This document shows, one piece after another, positions 26,238-38,004 of a stretch of DNA of 64,000 nucleotides. Positions within the stretch are counted from its first letter, which is position 1, and every line of letters starts with the position of its first letter. The notes beneath the pieces were generated by a model that did no database searches, was not told where the DNA came from, and saw only the letters and a program-made list of their open reading frames with translations. Source of the DNA: Chiloscyllium plagiosum (lineage: Eukaryota); the NCBI RefSeq assembly GCF_004010195.1, contig NC_057758.1:2875340-2939339 (forward strand), read 5' to 3'. The translations under genes and the position numbers were made by a program.

Positions 26238-27043
26238 AGAAGTGGACCCACTGAAAAGTGTCTAGTTCATATTAGTCTCGTCATTTTTGATATTGTCTTT
26301 TCACTGTAAAGCACTCCATTTTGCTGTACTTTTCTGGCCTCTTTTTGTTTTCTTTACTATCCTTCCTTCAACTGTGAGACTCATCAATTCTCTCTGCTAC
26401 TTTCTGAAATATACGAAACAGATTCATAATTATCAAACCACGACAGATCCGTATCAGAGCATGGAGCATCATTATAAGGTGAAGGATCAAGTCATTTCGA
26501 TTATTACTGAGATTTTCTTTTCACCCAGTGATGTGTTTTGTGCTGCCAGAGACTGTAGTGGAGGCAATTACTCTCACAAAATTGTTAAGAATTATCTGAA
26601 CGTGCACGTATTGGGGCATAGCAGCCTCTGACTGCATGTTTTGTGCTAATTGGAAAAATGTGTTTGTATTAAAAAAATATGGTCCTATCCCTACCTTTGC
26701 ACTATTGCTGATACTATGCTTAGAGAACTGGACATGCATTGTTTATGACTGCCACTACCTTATTCAGAGGTTAACGTTTTGCATAACCTCCTCTCGTACA
26801 AATTAAGGGAAAAAGCTCAGAATTGCAAAATTGAAAGATTTTGCTGTTTGTGTGTTTAGTTTTTTTTTCTGTGAAGTCCTGTTTTCAGGATGTCTCAAAG
26901 GGAAATTTAATGTTTTGTGATTTTCTGAGGACAAGACGTGTTGCTCTGTGAGACATCAGCAGAAACTATTTGTTCAGAGACGAAAGTGATGTCAGTCTCC
27001 AGGGAATTCTTGTTGTATCACTGAACATATCCCCTCTTCTCCT

Positions 27044-27050
27044 CATAAAG
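27044..27050 (+). promoter_or_regulatory. Candidate TATA-like box (CATAAAG)
   Basis: 140 bp upstream of the ATG; retained at the same relative position in the duplicate (63550-63556). Confidence 0.3.
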
Positions 27051-27183
27051 CCGGCACTCCAAAGTGCCATCTCATGGTACCAAAGGGAGCCTTCACCTGT
27101 GTCTTGCAGAGGAATCGGCGTCAGTTAAAAAGAGGGAGAGGAGTCATCGAAATCCGAGAAGGACGCACTGGAATATTGCAGCA

Positions 27184-27364
27184 ATGGAACCGACCCTGGA
27201 GACAGGAGACTGGAATTTAACAACTATGAATAGAAGATTCCCTTCGCAAATCGCCTATTACATTAGAAATCAGCACTGGATGACAGTCTACTATCGAATA
27301 CGATATCTTCTTCTGCTGTTTCAGCACGTTTACTATCCATTCCTTGCTGCTATTGGTGTCTTGG
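27184..27364 (+). CDS. GPR139/GPR142-like class A GPCR, coding exon 1 (N-terminus and first half of TM1)
   Basis: ATG at 27184 in context GCAATGG. Encodes MEPTLETGDWNLTT...QHVYYPFLAAIGVL, with an NLT glycosylation site. Ends at a phase-1 donor G|GTAAGG at 27365 and joins exon 2 in frame (181+908 nt = 363 codons including stop). Confidence 0.85.
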
Positions 27365-27699
27365 GTAAGGTTTTCGATACAGTAAATATCGCTCATGATT
27401 TGGGGTGTGAGTGGTCTATCAAATGAAGAGAGATCGAACAGTTTAGAAGCATATTTTGCCATTTGTCGTCTCAGCTGACTGCGGGGCTCCTGTGTGATGC
27501 AGAGTGACATTAGCAACAGGGGTTCAGTTCCCATATCTCATTATGACACCCTATTCATGACCTCTCCCTTTGCAATTTAAGTCCTACAAAGACCAAGATG
27601 AGCTTCAATTCAGCGATCAAATCTCTTGTCCTGGGAAGTGACCATGTCCGGCTCAGCCATATCATCCACGCTGACATCTTGAGCAAAGATCCTCCAGAC

Positions 27700-28230
27700 T
27701 AGTTCCACATTCTGCTTAAGTGGTCTTATCCTGAAACTGGGCTCATCAAATCAAGTTACAGCAAACTTAAGCTGATGACATTTGAAGCTTAGTATCCTGT
27801 TTTTTGCAGTCTCTGTCTCTAGGACACAGGCATTCACTCCATCAGACATCAATGCCCAGTTGCAGTAGCGTGTACCATTTATAAGATACACTGCACATTT
27901 GCAACGAAGGTGGATAACCAGCACCTTCGAACATCATGGCCACTTACATCTAAAAGGACAAGGACAGTAGATACGTGGGAGTATCACCAGCTACAAGTTC
28001 CCCTCCAAACCATCCACCATCCTTTTTAGAAATATATCAGCTATCCCTTTAGTGTCACTGAGTCAAAATCTGTGAACCCGCTCCTTAACGGGATTAATCT
28101 GTGTGTATCCCACAGACTGCAGCAGTTTAAGAAGGCAGCTCACCACAACGTTCGCACTGAGTCAAATCGAGATCGGCAATAAAATGCTGTCACAAACAAA
28201 GGTGCTCACATCCCACAAGTGAATCAGAAT
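27700..28230 (+). mobile_element. 3' end of the second LINE family (CR1/L2-clade-like)
   Basis: GACTGCAGCAGTTTAAGAAGGCAGCTCACCAC...GGCAATAAAATGCTG; a reverse-oriented copy lies at 29370-29960. Confidence 0.6.
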
Positions 28231-28385
28231 AATGCATGGAACGAAGATTGGAATTTGACATTGTAATGACTTGAACAAAGTGTCCTTCTTCTTTTAGTAA
28301 TGCGTGCATAAATAGTCAAAATTTCGTTCCTGAAAAGCAAGCTTGACATTGCATCATTGCCCCTTGATTTTCTTGTAAAAAGGAA

Positions 28386-28696
28386 TTAGATTAGATTACT
28401 TTCAGTGTGGAAACAGGCCCTTCGGTCCAACAAGTCCACACCGTCCCGCCGAAGCGCAACCCACCCATACCTCTACATTTACCCCTTACCAACACTAGGG
28501 GCAATTTAACATGGCCAATTCACCTGACCTGCACATCTTTGGACCGTGGGAGGAAGCCGGAGCACCCGGAAGAAACCCACACAGACACGGGGAGAACGTG
28601 AAAACTCCACACAGTCAGTCGCCTGAGGCGGGAATTGAACCCGGGTCTCTGACGCCGTGGGGCAGCAGTGCTAACCACTGTGCCACCGTGCCGCCC
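28386..28696 (-). mobile_element. Full-length HE1/V-SINE-like SINE
   Basis: Minus strand GGGCGGCACGGTGGCACAGTGGTTAGC, B box GGTTCAATTCC, tail TAATCTAATCT. Confidence 0.92.
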
Positions 28697-29369
28697 ACAA
28701 ATTCTCAACGTTACTCATCATTTGCCCTCCTTTTCACCCCCACTGCTCCAACATCATTGGCATCTTCAGAAACTCGATTCCCTGACTTAGCCATCATTCT
28801 TTTGCCAAAATGTATGCCATCCCAAACCCTGCCTGTTATACCAGTAAACTCCTGTGAAATCAGCGATTGAGCCTTGAGTCTGTCACTGAACTCTGATCAA
28901 CAGGATGCATTTGTCTCCTAGGTTCAGAAGAAGGGTCACTGGACACAAATTGCTGATCTGCTTTGCATTCACATGTGCTGACACACCTGCAAATCATAGT
29001 TTCTCCAGCAATTTTTGTTTTCATGACTGATTACCTTCTCATATCCCAACAAACAACACCAAATAAACCGGAAGAACTGTAGATTTTTAGAAATCAGATA
29101 CCTGAACAGGAATTGCTGGAACAACATAACCGTCTGGCAGCATCAGTGAACAGAAATCAGACTTAAAGTTTCAGATGCAGTGACACTTCTTCCGAGCCAC
29201 AGCTCCCAAATTTGGAGAAAGAACCATAATATCTCTTTTTCTCTACAATATTTACCAGGGACCGAGTCATCATTGTATCGATGGTTTAATACCCAATTGT
29301 CACTGCTTCAAAATTCTTCAGTCAAACTGAAAGCTTCAGTTGGAGTCTGTTTTCCAGTTATCTATCAAA

Positions 29370-29960
29370 TTTTATTTTCTGCTCTGGTGGAATGTGGACG
29401 TCAATGGCTGAGAGCAGAATTTATTGCTCGTCTGTAGCTGCCCCTTGAGAAGGTTTGGTGAGCTGACTTCTAGAAACGCTGTGAGTCCACATGTTATAGT
29501 TAGATGCACAATTCCCTGAAGGAACCGGTTCCAGAACCTTGATCCAGCCACACTGAAGTAGCAGCTGATATATTTCCAAGTACACGATGGTGAGTGGCAT
29601 TGAAGCGAACCTGCATGTGGTGGTATTCCCATGTATCTGCTGTCTTTGTCCTTCTGGAGGAAAATGATTATGAGTTTAAAAAGTGCTGTGTGAGAAGCTT
29701 TGGTAAATTTCCATAGTGCATCCTGCATGTAACACACGTTGTTGCTATTGAGCGTAGTTGGTAGATGGAGTGGACGCTTGTCGATGTTGTGCTAATTAAG
29801 TGGACGGCTTATCTTTAATGATTTTGAATTCCTAGAGTGTTGTTTAATTTGGATCCCACACGGCAATGGTGGGGTATCCATTACAATCCTGACTTGCGCC
29901 TTGTCAATGGTGAACAGGGCTTTGCAGGGATTCAGGAGCTGATTGACTCATTGCAGGATT
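29370..29960 (-). mobile_element. 3' end of the second LINE family
   Basis: Homologous to 27700-28230 (inverted) and 37120-37410. Confidence 0.65.
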
Positions 29961-29969
29961 CCTCGATTT

Positions 29970-31975
29970 TCAGCAGCGGCGGGAGCAGTGACAGCAAGGG
30001 TCGGGGCTGCTAGGAAGGTAAATTTCCCTCTGAAAGGACTGACGTCGAGAGTAAGTGGCCTCCATTTTGCAGCAGCAGGAACGGTGAGAGCGAGGAGCTG
30101 AGTGGGAGCAGTTGAATTTCTCTCTGGGGAGGTGGGTGAACTGGTATGTCGTGTTGGAGAAGAAACAAAAGAATAGGCAGGATGAATGAGTGACTTGACA
30201 GATGTTGCGGGAAAGAGGTTTTCAAACTGTGGGGATTTTGGGACCGGTTCTGGGGGAGATAGGACTATTATCACTTAGACGGTCTACACCTGGGCAGATC
30301 TGGAACCAATGTCTGAGAATGTACTTTTGTGAACGATGTTGGGGACGGATTTAACAACTGTGGCAGGTGTGTGGGAACCAAATAAGGAAGATAGAGGACA
30401 GTAAGTAGATAGTAACTCATTCTGTAAGGAATGAGATCATGAAGTCAGCGTGACGAAGGGGAAAGAGTAGGAGGGAGCAGATGATGAACGCAAAAGGACA
30501 GGTGGTCTGAGGTGCATTTGTTTTAATGTAAGAAATATAGTAGTTAAGACAGGCGATTTTAGGGCTTGGGTTAGTACCTGGGAGTATGATGTTTTTGCTA
30601 TTCCTGGGACTTGGTTGATGGAAGATATTTGATTACTCTTGGTCATGTTGGCAGAAACAGGGAGGAAAGTGTTGAGTGTTCTCAAACGCATTAAGATGAA
30701 CAGGTCCTTTGTTTCAGATGAGATCTATCGCAGGATACTGAGGAAAGGGAGAGACGCAGTAGCTGGGGTCTCAACAGATATCGTTGCAGCATTCTTGAAC
30801 ACGAGTGAGGTCCCAGAGGACAAGAAAATTGCTAAAGGTGCCCTTTTATTTAATCAGGGCAGTAAGGAAAGTCGACAGGGATAATTCGGGGCATACTATC
30901 TATATGGGCAGTGAATTGGCTGGGCATATGTGGACAGAGAGTAGTAGTGGAAGGGTGTCACCCAAAATGCGGAACTGTGGTGTTCCACTGGGATACATTT
31001 TGGGACCATCGTTGTTTGCGATATACATAAATGATCTGGAGGAATGCATAAATGGTCTGTTTAGCAAGTTTGCAGATGACAGTAAGATTGGTGGAACAGC
31101 AGATAATGAAGGGGACTGTCAGACATTGCAGCGGTATATGGATAGGTTGGAAAGTTGGGCGGAGAAATGGCAGACGGACTTCAATCCGGGCAAATGCAAA
31201 TTGAAACACTTTGGAAGATCAAATCCAAGAGCGAACTGTACTGTAAATGGAAAGCCCTGGGGAAAACCGATGTCCAGAGAGATCCATATGTTCAGGTACC
31301 CTCAAGGTGGCAAAACAGGTCGACAGAGTGATCAGTAAATCATATTGCATGCTTTCCTTTATTGGTCACGGTATTGAGTACAAGAGTTGGCAAGTCATCT
31401 TACAGTTGTATAGGAACTTGATTCGGCCGCATTTGGAATAGTGAGTATTGGTCGCCATGTTATCAAAAGGATTGGATGCTTTGGAAAGGGTGCAGAGGAG
31501 GTACACCGAGTTTTTTTTCTGATATGGAGGAAGGGAGCAATGAATAAATGTTGAGTGGGTTGGGAGTAATTTCATTTTCATTTGGGGTGTGAAATTGATC
31601 GAGGTATTCCAAATCATGAGACGTATCCACGTGGTGGATAGTAGGAAGCTTTCTTCCCAGTTGGCAGATTCAATTACTGGGCATCACGAGTTCAAGGTGA
31701 GAGGGGAAACTTTTAAGGGAGATAGCGTGGAATATTATTTACACAGAGGGTGGTGAGTGCCTGGAACACGTTGCCAGCGGAGGTGGTAGAGACAGGCACA
31801 ATAGAGTAATTTAAGATGTAGCTAGGCAGATATACAAATGGTCAGGTAGCAGAGGAATATAGATGTGAAGAAAATAGGGGACAGATTTAAATAGAATATC
31901 TGAAATGGTGCAGGCTTGGAGGGCGGAAGGACCTGCCCCAGTGCATTTTTTTTTTGTTCTTTGTTCTTTGTTATT
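29970..31975 (+). mobile_element. Internally deleted CR1 LINE
   Basis: ORF1-end and APE-start pieces; GVPLGYILGPSLFAIYINDL...KFADDSKIGG; (TTCTTTG)n tail. Confidence 0.88.
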
Positions 31976-33637
31976 CTTGTGCAGCCATTGCATTTATAAA
32001 GCTCGATCAGATCAGTTTTGGTGTAAACACTGTAGCCAGCCAAAAGCGCGTACAATGAAAAAATCCACTTTTGATTGCATTCAGTATGTCCAAAAGGTCA
32101 ATCAGGACCTCCTCAAACATGTATCCTGGTGTGCACTTTCCCTGATGTTTTCTCTTCTTCAAAGTACACTTAGAGGCAGGAGGCTTCCCCATTGAGGCAT
32201 AACACTCTCAGTGCATGCCACAGGCTCGTCGCAACATCAGCAGAGATGAAACAGTGCCAGCCGAATCCTTTATGCAAAACGGGAAAGGGGACAACAGACC
32301 CAGTTTCTGAAGAAGGGTGATTGGACCCTAAATACTATCTCTGTTCCAAACTCCTCAGATGCAGTCAGACCTGCTGAAATTTTCCAGTCATTTTTGCTTT
32401 GGATTCAGACTTCCAGCAGCTCGTTGTTGTTATTTTTACTGTCCTAATTATTCACCTGGACAAATGGAGGAAAGGAGTGGGAAAACACAAGAATAGAAGG
32501 AATGGGTGGTGAGAGATATTCATTGATAAGGTAATTGTTCAATTTCAAGGCTACGCATGTGTCTTTTGGAGATTCTAACAGTCAGAGGCGAAGTATAAAG
32601 GCTCCAAATTTGGACTTGAAAGCGTGAACTTTGAAGTGATCTTCGCTCATTCGATCATCGAGCTCAAATCAAGGAACTAAATCTTCATTAAAGGAGACGT
32701 ACAAGAGTAGGATCATGTAAATCTAAAAGACTAACTGAAGGTTTAATGAAGAGATCCAATCCAGGATTTATTTCACAAGCAGCACGAATGCATGCGAGTG
32801 ACAGATCTGAGTCATTCCCAAAGAAAAGCGTGGGGTTTCGGAACTGCTGATTCGCCAATATTCAGTTGAAAACGATGGCGGGCAATGGAAGTAGCATCCG
32901 AAAGTCTAGTCGTGCCGCATATCCCCATCTTATGCAGTCCTGCACAGGGAGTCAGAAGCAATCTTAAGCATTCCTGAGCTAATTCTGTCAGACGTGCCTC
33001 ATATCTGTTCGGTCCTCACCTGCATCCAGTCCACATTTGCAAGTCCAAAATCCAGCTTTTGGAATAATGATACTGGCTCAAAGAAATGGCTGCACCGTTA
33101 GTGACGCTGCTTCGGTCCAGATAAATTCCTGAACCAATCTAATCTCATCCCGTCAGGCTTCATTCGTTGTCAGCTAAGTGTTGGCACATTGCTTTCACTG
33201 CAATGTTCACTGAGGTCCAGCGAGTGATCTTCTCGGGCCATTGACACAGAGGACCATGAGGACAAACCTTGGAGAAGCTCAGCAGGTCTGGCAGCATCTG
33301 TGTAGATAGAGGAAGAGAGAGAGGGAATCAGAGGTCACGTTTCATTTCAGCACTATGCCGAAACTTGGACTGTCACCATATTTATTCCCGTTCCTGGTGT
33401 TTCTGGTCATCAGGAACATTCTTCCCATGTTTACCCTGCTGAGTTCAGTTTCGAGTACAGTATCAGTATTCTTCTGGACAGCATTTTTCGCGGTAGTAAG
33501 AGGGTGAAATTTTTAAGCCCAGTGTGATTTATGTACTAATAACTCTGGTCCCAAAGGTACTCTATGCAAGGGATTCAAAGGTACACAACTTTGAATGAAG
33601 CCATCCATCCCATCTCAAGTAGCTGCCTCTATATTCT

Positions 33638-33851
33638 GAGCTGAAAATGTGTTGCTGGAAAAGCGCAGCAGGTCAGGCAGCATCCAAGGAACAGGAGAAT
33701 CGACGTTTTGGGCATAAGCCCTTCTTCAGGAAAGAAGGGCTTATGCCCGAAACGTCGATTCTCCTATTCTTTGGATGCTGCCTGACCTGCTGCGCTTTTC
33801 CAGCAACACATTTTCAGCTCTGATCTCCAACATCTGCAGCCCTCACTTTCT
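33638..33851. mobile_element. Young Penelope-terminus fold-back element in the GPCR intron
   Basis: 89-bp arms 33638-33726 / 33732-33820 with ~3 differences; direct repeat CTCTATATTCTGAGC at 33627-33641 and 33852-33866. Confidence 0.88.
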
Positions 33852-33945
33852 CTCTATATTCTGAGCGTCTGCTCCTCTGTGTGCTGTGAAACGTAATGTG
33901 CACTATTCAACTGATGGATAATTTGCAGGTATTATTTTTTTGCAG

Positions 33946-34853
33946 TCAACGGACTGGCCATTGCAATCCTCTCTCGGGCGAAGTGTGGTCTATCAAAATG
34001 TATCAACCGGTATCTGGTGTACATGTCAGTGGCGGATCTGCTGGTCAACATCCTTGACCTGACACTGAAGCATATTCCAATTGTATATAATACAAAATTT
34101 CTGTTTATGAAGTCGATCCCTGCGTGCAACATCCATGCAATTCTAGTCCATGCAGCCACAGACTGTTCTGTCTGGTTCACTGTTGCTTTCACCTTTGATC
34201 GATTTGTGGCTATCTGTTGTCAGAAACTGAAATGTAAATATTGCACCGAGAAAATTGCATCTGTAATTTTGGGAATAGTGACAATACTGAGCTGTTTAAA
34301 GAATATTTGTTGGTATTTTATGCTAACAAGTCAGTATCGGCTAAAGAACCTCCCTTGGTTCTGTCATGAAAAATCAGGTATTGGACAATCTCATTTCTGG
34401 GGAACATTCGAAATCATTCATCATCTTCTAACCCCATGTTTGGCAATTCTTTTGACTGTACTATTCAATGCATTTTGTGTCAGACGTATCATACTGGCCA
34501 ACAGAGCCCGCAGGAGACTCAACACTCACAACAGCGGGAAAAATGCCACAGACCCAAAAATGGAGAGTCAAAGAAAGTCCATAATCTTGTTGTTTCTCAT
34601 TTCAGCCAATTTAGTACTGTCATGGGCAGCTTTTATGCTCCATTCAATATGGAAACGGGTGTGGCGATTGGGACTGATGGCAATCTATCTCCATTATTTT
34701 GTGGCAGAAATTGGATACATCTGCCAGCTCACCAGTCACTGTACAAATATTTGTATTTATGCCGTGGCATTGAGCAAATTCAGGGATCAGTTGAAGAATG
34801 TGCTCAAATATCCAATTTCACTCTCATTAAATTTGCTTAAAAATAAAATGTAA
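33946..34853 (+). CDS. GPR139/GPR142-like class A GPCR, coding exon 2 (end of TM1 to C-terminus)
   Basis: Acceptor TTTTTTTGCAG ends at 33945. Open frame VNGLAIAILSRAKCGLSKCINRYLVYMSVADLL...TDCSVWFTVAFTFDRFVAICC...SHCTNICIYAVALSKFRDQL to TAA at 34851-34853. Shows TM1 Asn, TM2 Asp, DRF motif and NxxIY in TM7. Family call is from motif recall. Confidence 0.92.
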
Positions 34854-34855
34854 TC

Positions 34856-34861
34856 AATAAA
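34856..34861 (+). promoter_or_regulatory. Candidate polyadenylation signal AATAAA
   Basis: Immediately after the GPCR stop codon. The context is AT-rich, so it could be chance. Confidence 0.35.
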
Positions 34862-35307
34862 ATAATGAAGTTGAGGATTGAATTATACTCTCAGTAGCAA
34901 CAAGTATATGTAGATTTCTATTAATCACAAAATGGCTTTTCAATTTAAAATAACACACAATATGTCAACATATTACAGTTGATTGGACTTTTATTGTAAT
35001 TAAGAACCATTTCCCAGGAAATATCATTGGATTAAGCTGCTATAAATCATGTCACCTTATTATATGTGATTGGTCTTCTTTTGTAAATAAGGCTGTACTA
35101 TCTCTTAAAAAACATATACATAATGTGTAATTTTCGAATGTAATTGCGCCATTTCTCGAGGGAAGCTTCTAACCTCCGTATTGCTGGACAAATCCGTGCC
35201 TGTATGCCTTAATTTATTAAACTGGTGACCTTGCTTCAAACAGACTGTGCTTCTAGTAATTCTTTTGACCGGTCTCGAACACCTTTGGCGGGGTTTAAAT
35301 CTTCATT

Positions 35308-35325
35308 TGGTGCCGTGACGCTTGA
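35308..35325 (+). promoter_or_regulatory. Primer-binding site complementary to tRNA-His
   Basis: TGGTGCCGTGAC matches the first 12 nt of the canonical His PBS TGGTGCCGTGACTCGGAT and lies 2 nt after the LTR-terminal CA. Confidence 0.7.
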
Positions 35326-36389
35326 TTAAGCATGGACAGATTGCAGACAATGGTTTAAGAACCTTTAGTCCTTCACTGTTGAGAATTGAGGAATGCAGCC
35401 GGCCAGACATGAGTGTTGTATATACGTTTGTTTATGTTTCTCATTCAATTTGTGTCTGACCTGATACCTCTCTGTCTATTTTCTAGTCCAGCTCCCAAGG
35501 ATCGGTCTTAGCAAGGGGATGGATAAGGGAACACTATATATAAAATAGGGAGGGGGGAGAAGTGATTAACTAAATTTGGGGCTTCTTTTTGTACTTATGG
35601 ACAGTGGTTTCCTAAAAATTGAGGAACTCTGAGGGGAGTCTTCAACTCTCATTTCTCGAGTTTCGTTAATTTCTGAAGTAAAAAGAAATCTCCGATTTTT
35701 GCATCCTCGAAGATTTTCGGTGCCTGGTGGCTTAACATTTTAATACAGACAGTTAACATTTACGGAGGTAGGTAGCCCCAATGTTTTTGATGATTACGGA
35801 GGCAGGTGGCCTCGATATTTTAATACAGGCGGTTGATCATGGTTTTATGGTATACTGACTAATATTGACATGCTTAAAGTAGGTAGAAAGGAGGTGTGAA
35901 ACCTTCTCAGAATTAAGAAAACCTGATTTGGTTGGATTGGCGTTGTCTAAATTAATACCTAAATTGTTCCGTGAAAGAAAGAAGTGTCATGATATATTAA
36001 AACAAAACTGTCAGAGTTTTAGATTGTCGGGAATGTTCTGCAGAAACATTAGTCTTGTTTCTTGTTTTCAGGTTGTTGATTAATGTTAGTTTTATGTCAA
36101 GTTTATTTCTGTCATAAGCTTGGCTTGTCTTGCTTTGCTGCTTTTTGTGCTTTTCTTTCTGTTCATTTTGGAGTTTACTGTTTATGAAATGTGGAGGGTA
36201 TTTGATGCCACAAAAGCTGGCTGGGAACAAAAAGTGCTGTTCGAAAAGCTGATACAATTATTGCTACTTAGCTACAAGTTGTTAGTGTGGGTACTCAAAA
36301 GGGTCCTAGTGTCTGGGCAGAAAGGTCTTATAAAAGAATCTTTTTAACTAGTAATAGAGAATTTGCTTGTCCCATGGTTATGATAGATG

Positions 36390-36600
36390 AAAGTTGAAAC
36401 TTTATTGCTGGAACAGCACAGCAGGTCAGGCAGCATCCAGGGAACAGGAGATTCGACGTTTCGGGCACAGGCCCTTCTTCAGGAATGAGCAGAGAGTGTT
36501 CAGCAGGAGAAGATAAAAGGTAGGGAGGAGGGACTTGGAGGAGGGGCGTTGGAAATGTGATAGGTGGAAAGAGGTCAAGGTGAGGGTGATAGGTCGGAGT
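36390..36600 (-). mobile_element. Penelope-like 3' terminal fragment
   Basis: Same terminal sequence as the fold-back arms, with AATAAA on the minus strand and a hammerhead motif. Confidence 0.8.
36451..36486 (-). ncRNA. Minimal type I hammerhead ribozyme motif
   Basis: AUUC-CUGAAGA-A-GGGC(CUGU)GCCC-GAAAC-GUC-GAAU: perfect stems I and II, complete core, GUC cleavage triplet. Confidence 0.75.
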
Positions 36601-36604
36601 AGTT

Positions 36605-37117
36605 AGCATTGTTGCCTCCTAAATTAGGCTCCTAATAACTGAAAAAGCTGCAAGTCCACAAGCTGTCAGGAAAATTACTTATTGCTTTTCATCTGCCCCA
36701 ATGTCATTTACCCAGAACAAAAAATACATTCTTTCCACCTATTGGGCCCAGTCTTTGATGGCAGGATCAAACAGGTCAAGCTTCCCAAATAATAGAATGA
36801 CGCCAGAAATGCTTACCTCAACTCAAAGCAGACTGTGTTGAGCATGTTTCTTCAGGTATGTGCATTACTCTTGTCGCCACTGAAATAACTCTACGGAGGC
36901 CAGCATCCTGCCAACATGTCACCCTTTATTAACACGTGCAAAGTCCTCGACACCAGTCCAGTTTCCTCAGAACCAGTTCACAGAGTGTCAGATTGTCTGA
37001 ACACTCCTTTTTTGTGTGTGTCAGCCAGGGCTCCCTGATTGGACCAGATTAACAGCCCCAGTCAGGGAATTTGTATTCTATGCAGTCCACCCATCTGACC
37101 TCATTACAATCACCACA
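36605..37117 (-). mobile_element. Truncated Gypsy element: 5' LTR (36881-37117), PBS and gag start
   Basis: LTR TGTGGTG...ATTTCA with AATAAA, then G-TGGCGAC, then LFGKLDLFDPAIKDWAQ*VERMYF...FLTACG...FSVIRSL. Confidence 0.75.
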
Positions 37118-37119
37118 TT

Positions 37120-37410
37120 GAGGGTCATGGATTTAGAAAGTGCTGCCTTAAGGAGTCTTGGTGAGTTTATGGAGTGCATGTCGTGAGTAGTACAGACTGC
37201 TGTCATTGATTGTTGGTATTGAAAGGTGTGAATGTTGAAAGTGTTGGATGGCGTACCAATCAAGTGCTTCATCTTGGATGGTGTTAGGTTTCTTGAGTGT
37301 TGTTGGAGCTGAACTCATCCAGGCAAATGGGGAGTATTCCATCACACTCCTGACCTGTGCCTTGTAAGTGTCGGACAGACTTTGGGGAATCAAAAAGTCA
37401 CTCACCTCCT
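37120..37410 (-). mobile_element. RT C-terminal fragment of the second LINE family
   Basis: PQSLSDTYKAQVRSVMEYSPFAWMSSAPTTLKKPNTIQD. Confidence 0.75.
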
Positions 37411-38004
37411 AGCGTCAAAATTGCTCTTTGTTGCCACAAACTGGCACTTACTGTATGAAACAGTGAGCAAAGTGCCATGGCATTACAGCACCTGTGAGCA
37501 TGTATCGCAGCATTAATCAGCACCTTCAGATAAAGAGGGAAGAACGTGGGGCAAACGTTCTGTGAAAACGTAGAAGTGAGTGTTGAGTTTGTACACAAGT
37601 GTGAAACACAGGCATCCAGTACCTAAGGAAAATAAACACAAAGAGTAGAATAGTTGTTCACAGATTGTGCCAATACAATGCAGTAATTAGACTCTCTAAA
37701 CTCAGTCGTCAACAGGAAATGAGCAGTAGGGCTCTGCACATTTAAAATCCAATGCTGCACATTGAGTTTCTATGGAAACGTAACACACTCTTTTACAGAG
37801 TGTTTAATTTCTTACAGACGGCAGAGAGAGTCTGCTCATTTATGTTAGCGCTTCTTAATGGTCAAAATGATTGACCTTTGAGAAGGTATGCTAAGAATCT
37901 GTGTTAATGTGACCATTATTCCTTTAATAAATTATAAACTAATTATGGTAGTGACAAATACAATTGATCTCATAGAAAAGCTGAAGTATATGTGATTAAT
38001 GAAG

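Larger units (their letters stand above)
20590..27530 (+). repeat. Segmental duplication copy A (paralogous to ~58470-64000)
   Basis: Collinear similarity through the CR1 body, non-CR1 flanks (25060-25470, 26240-27180), exon 1 and the start of the intron. Confidence 0.85.
27365..33945 (+). other. Intron of the GPR139-like gene (6581 bp, phase 1)
   Basis: GT...AG boundaries that restore the reading frame; filled with SINE, CR1 and Penelope-derived repeats. Confidence 0.8.

Noticed and set aside
27064..27426. 120-aa single-exon ORF
   Set aside because: It starts at GTG and reads through the splice donor; only 27184-27364 fits the GPCR.
34436..34840. Overlapping 134-aa ORF
   Set aside because: Alternative frame of GPCR exon 2 with no recognisable features.
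34017..34853. Intronless 278-aa GPCR
   Set aside because: It lacks TM1. The frame extends upstream to a splice acceptor and joins exon 1.
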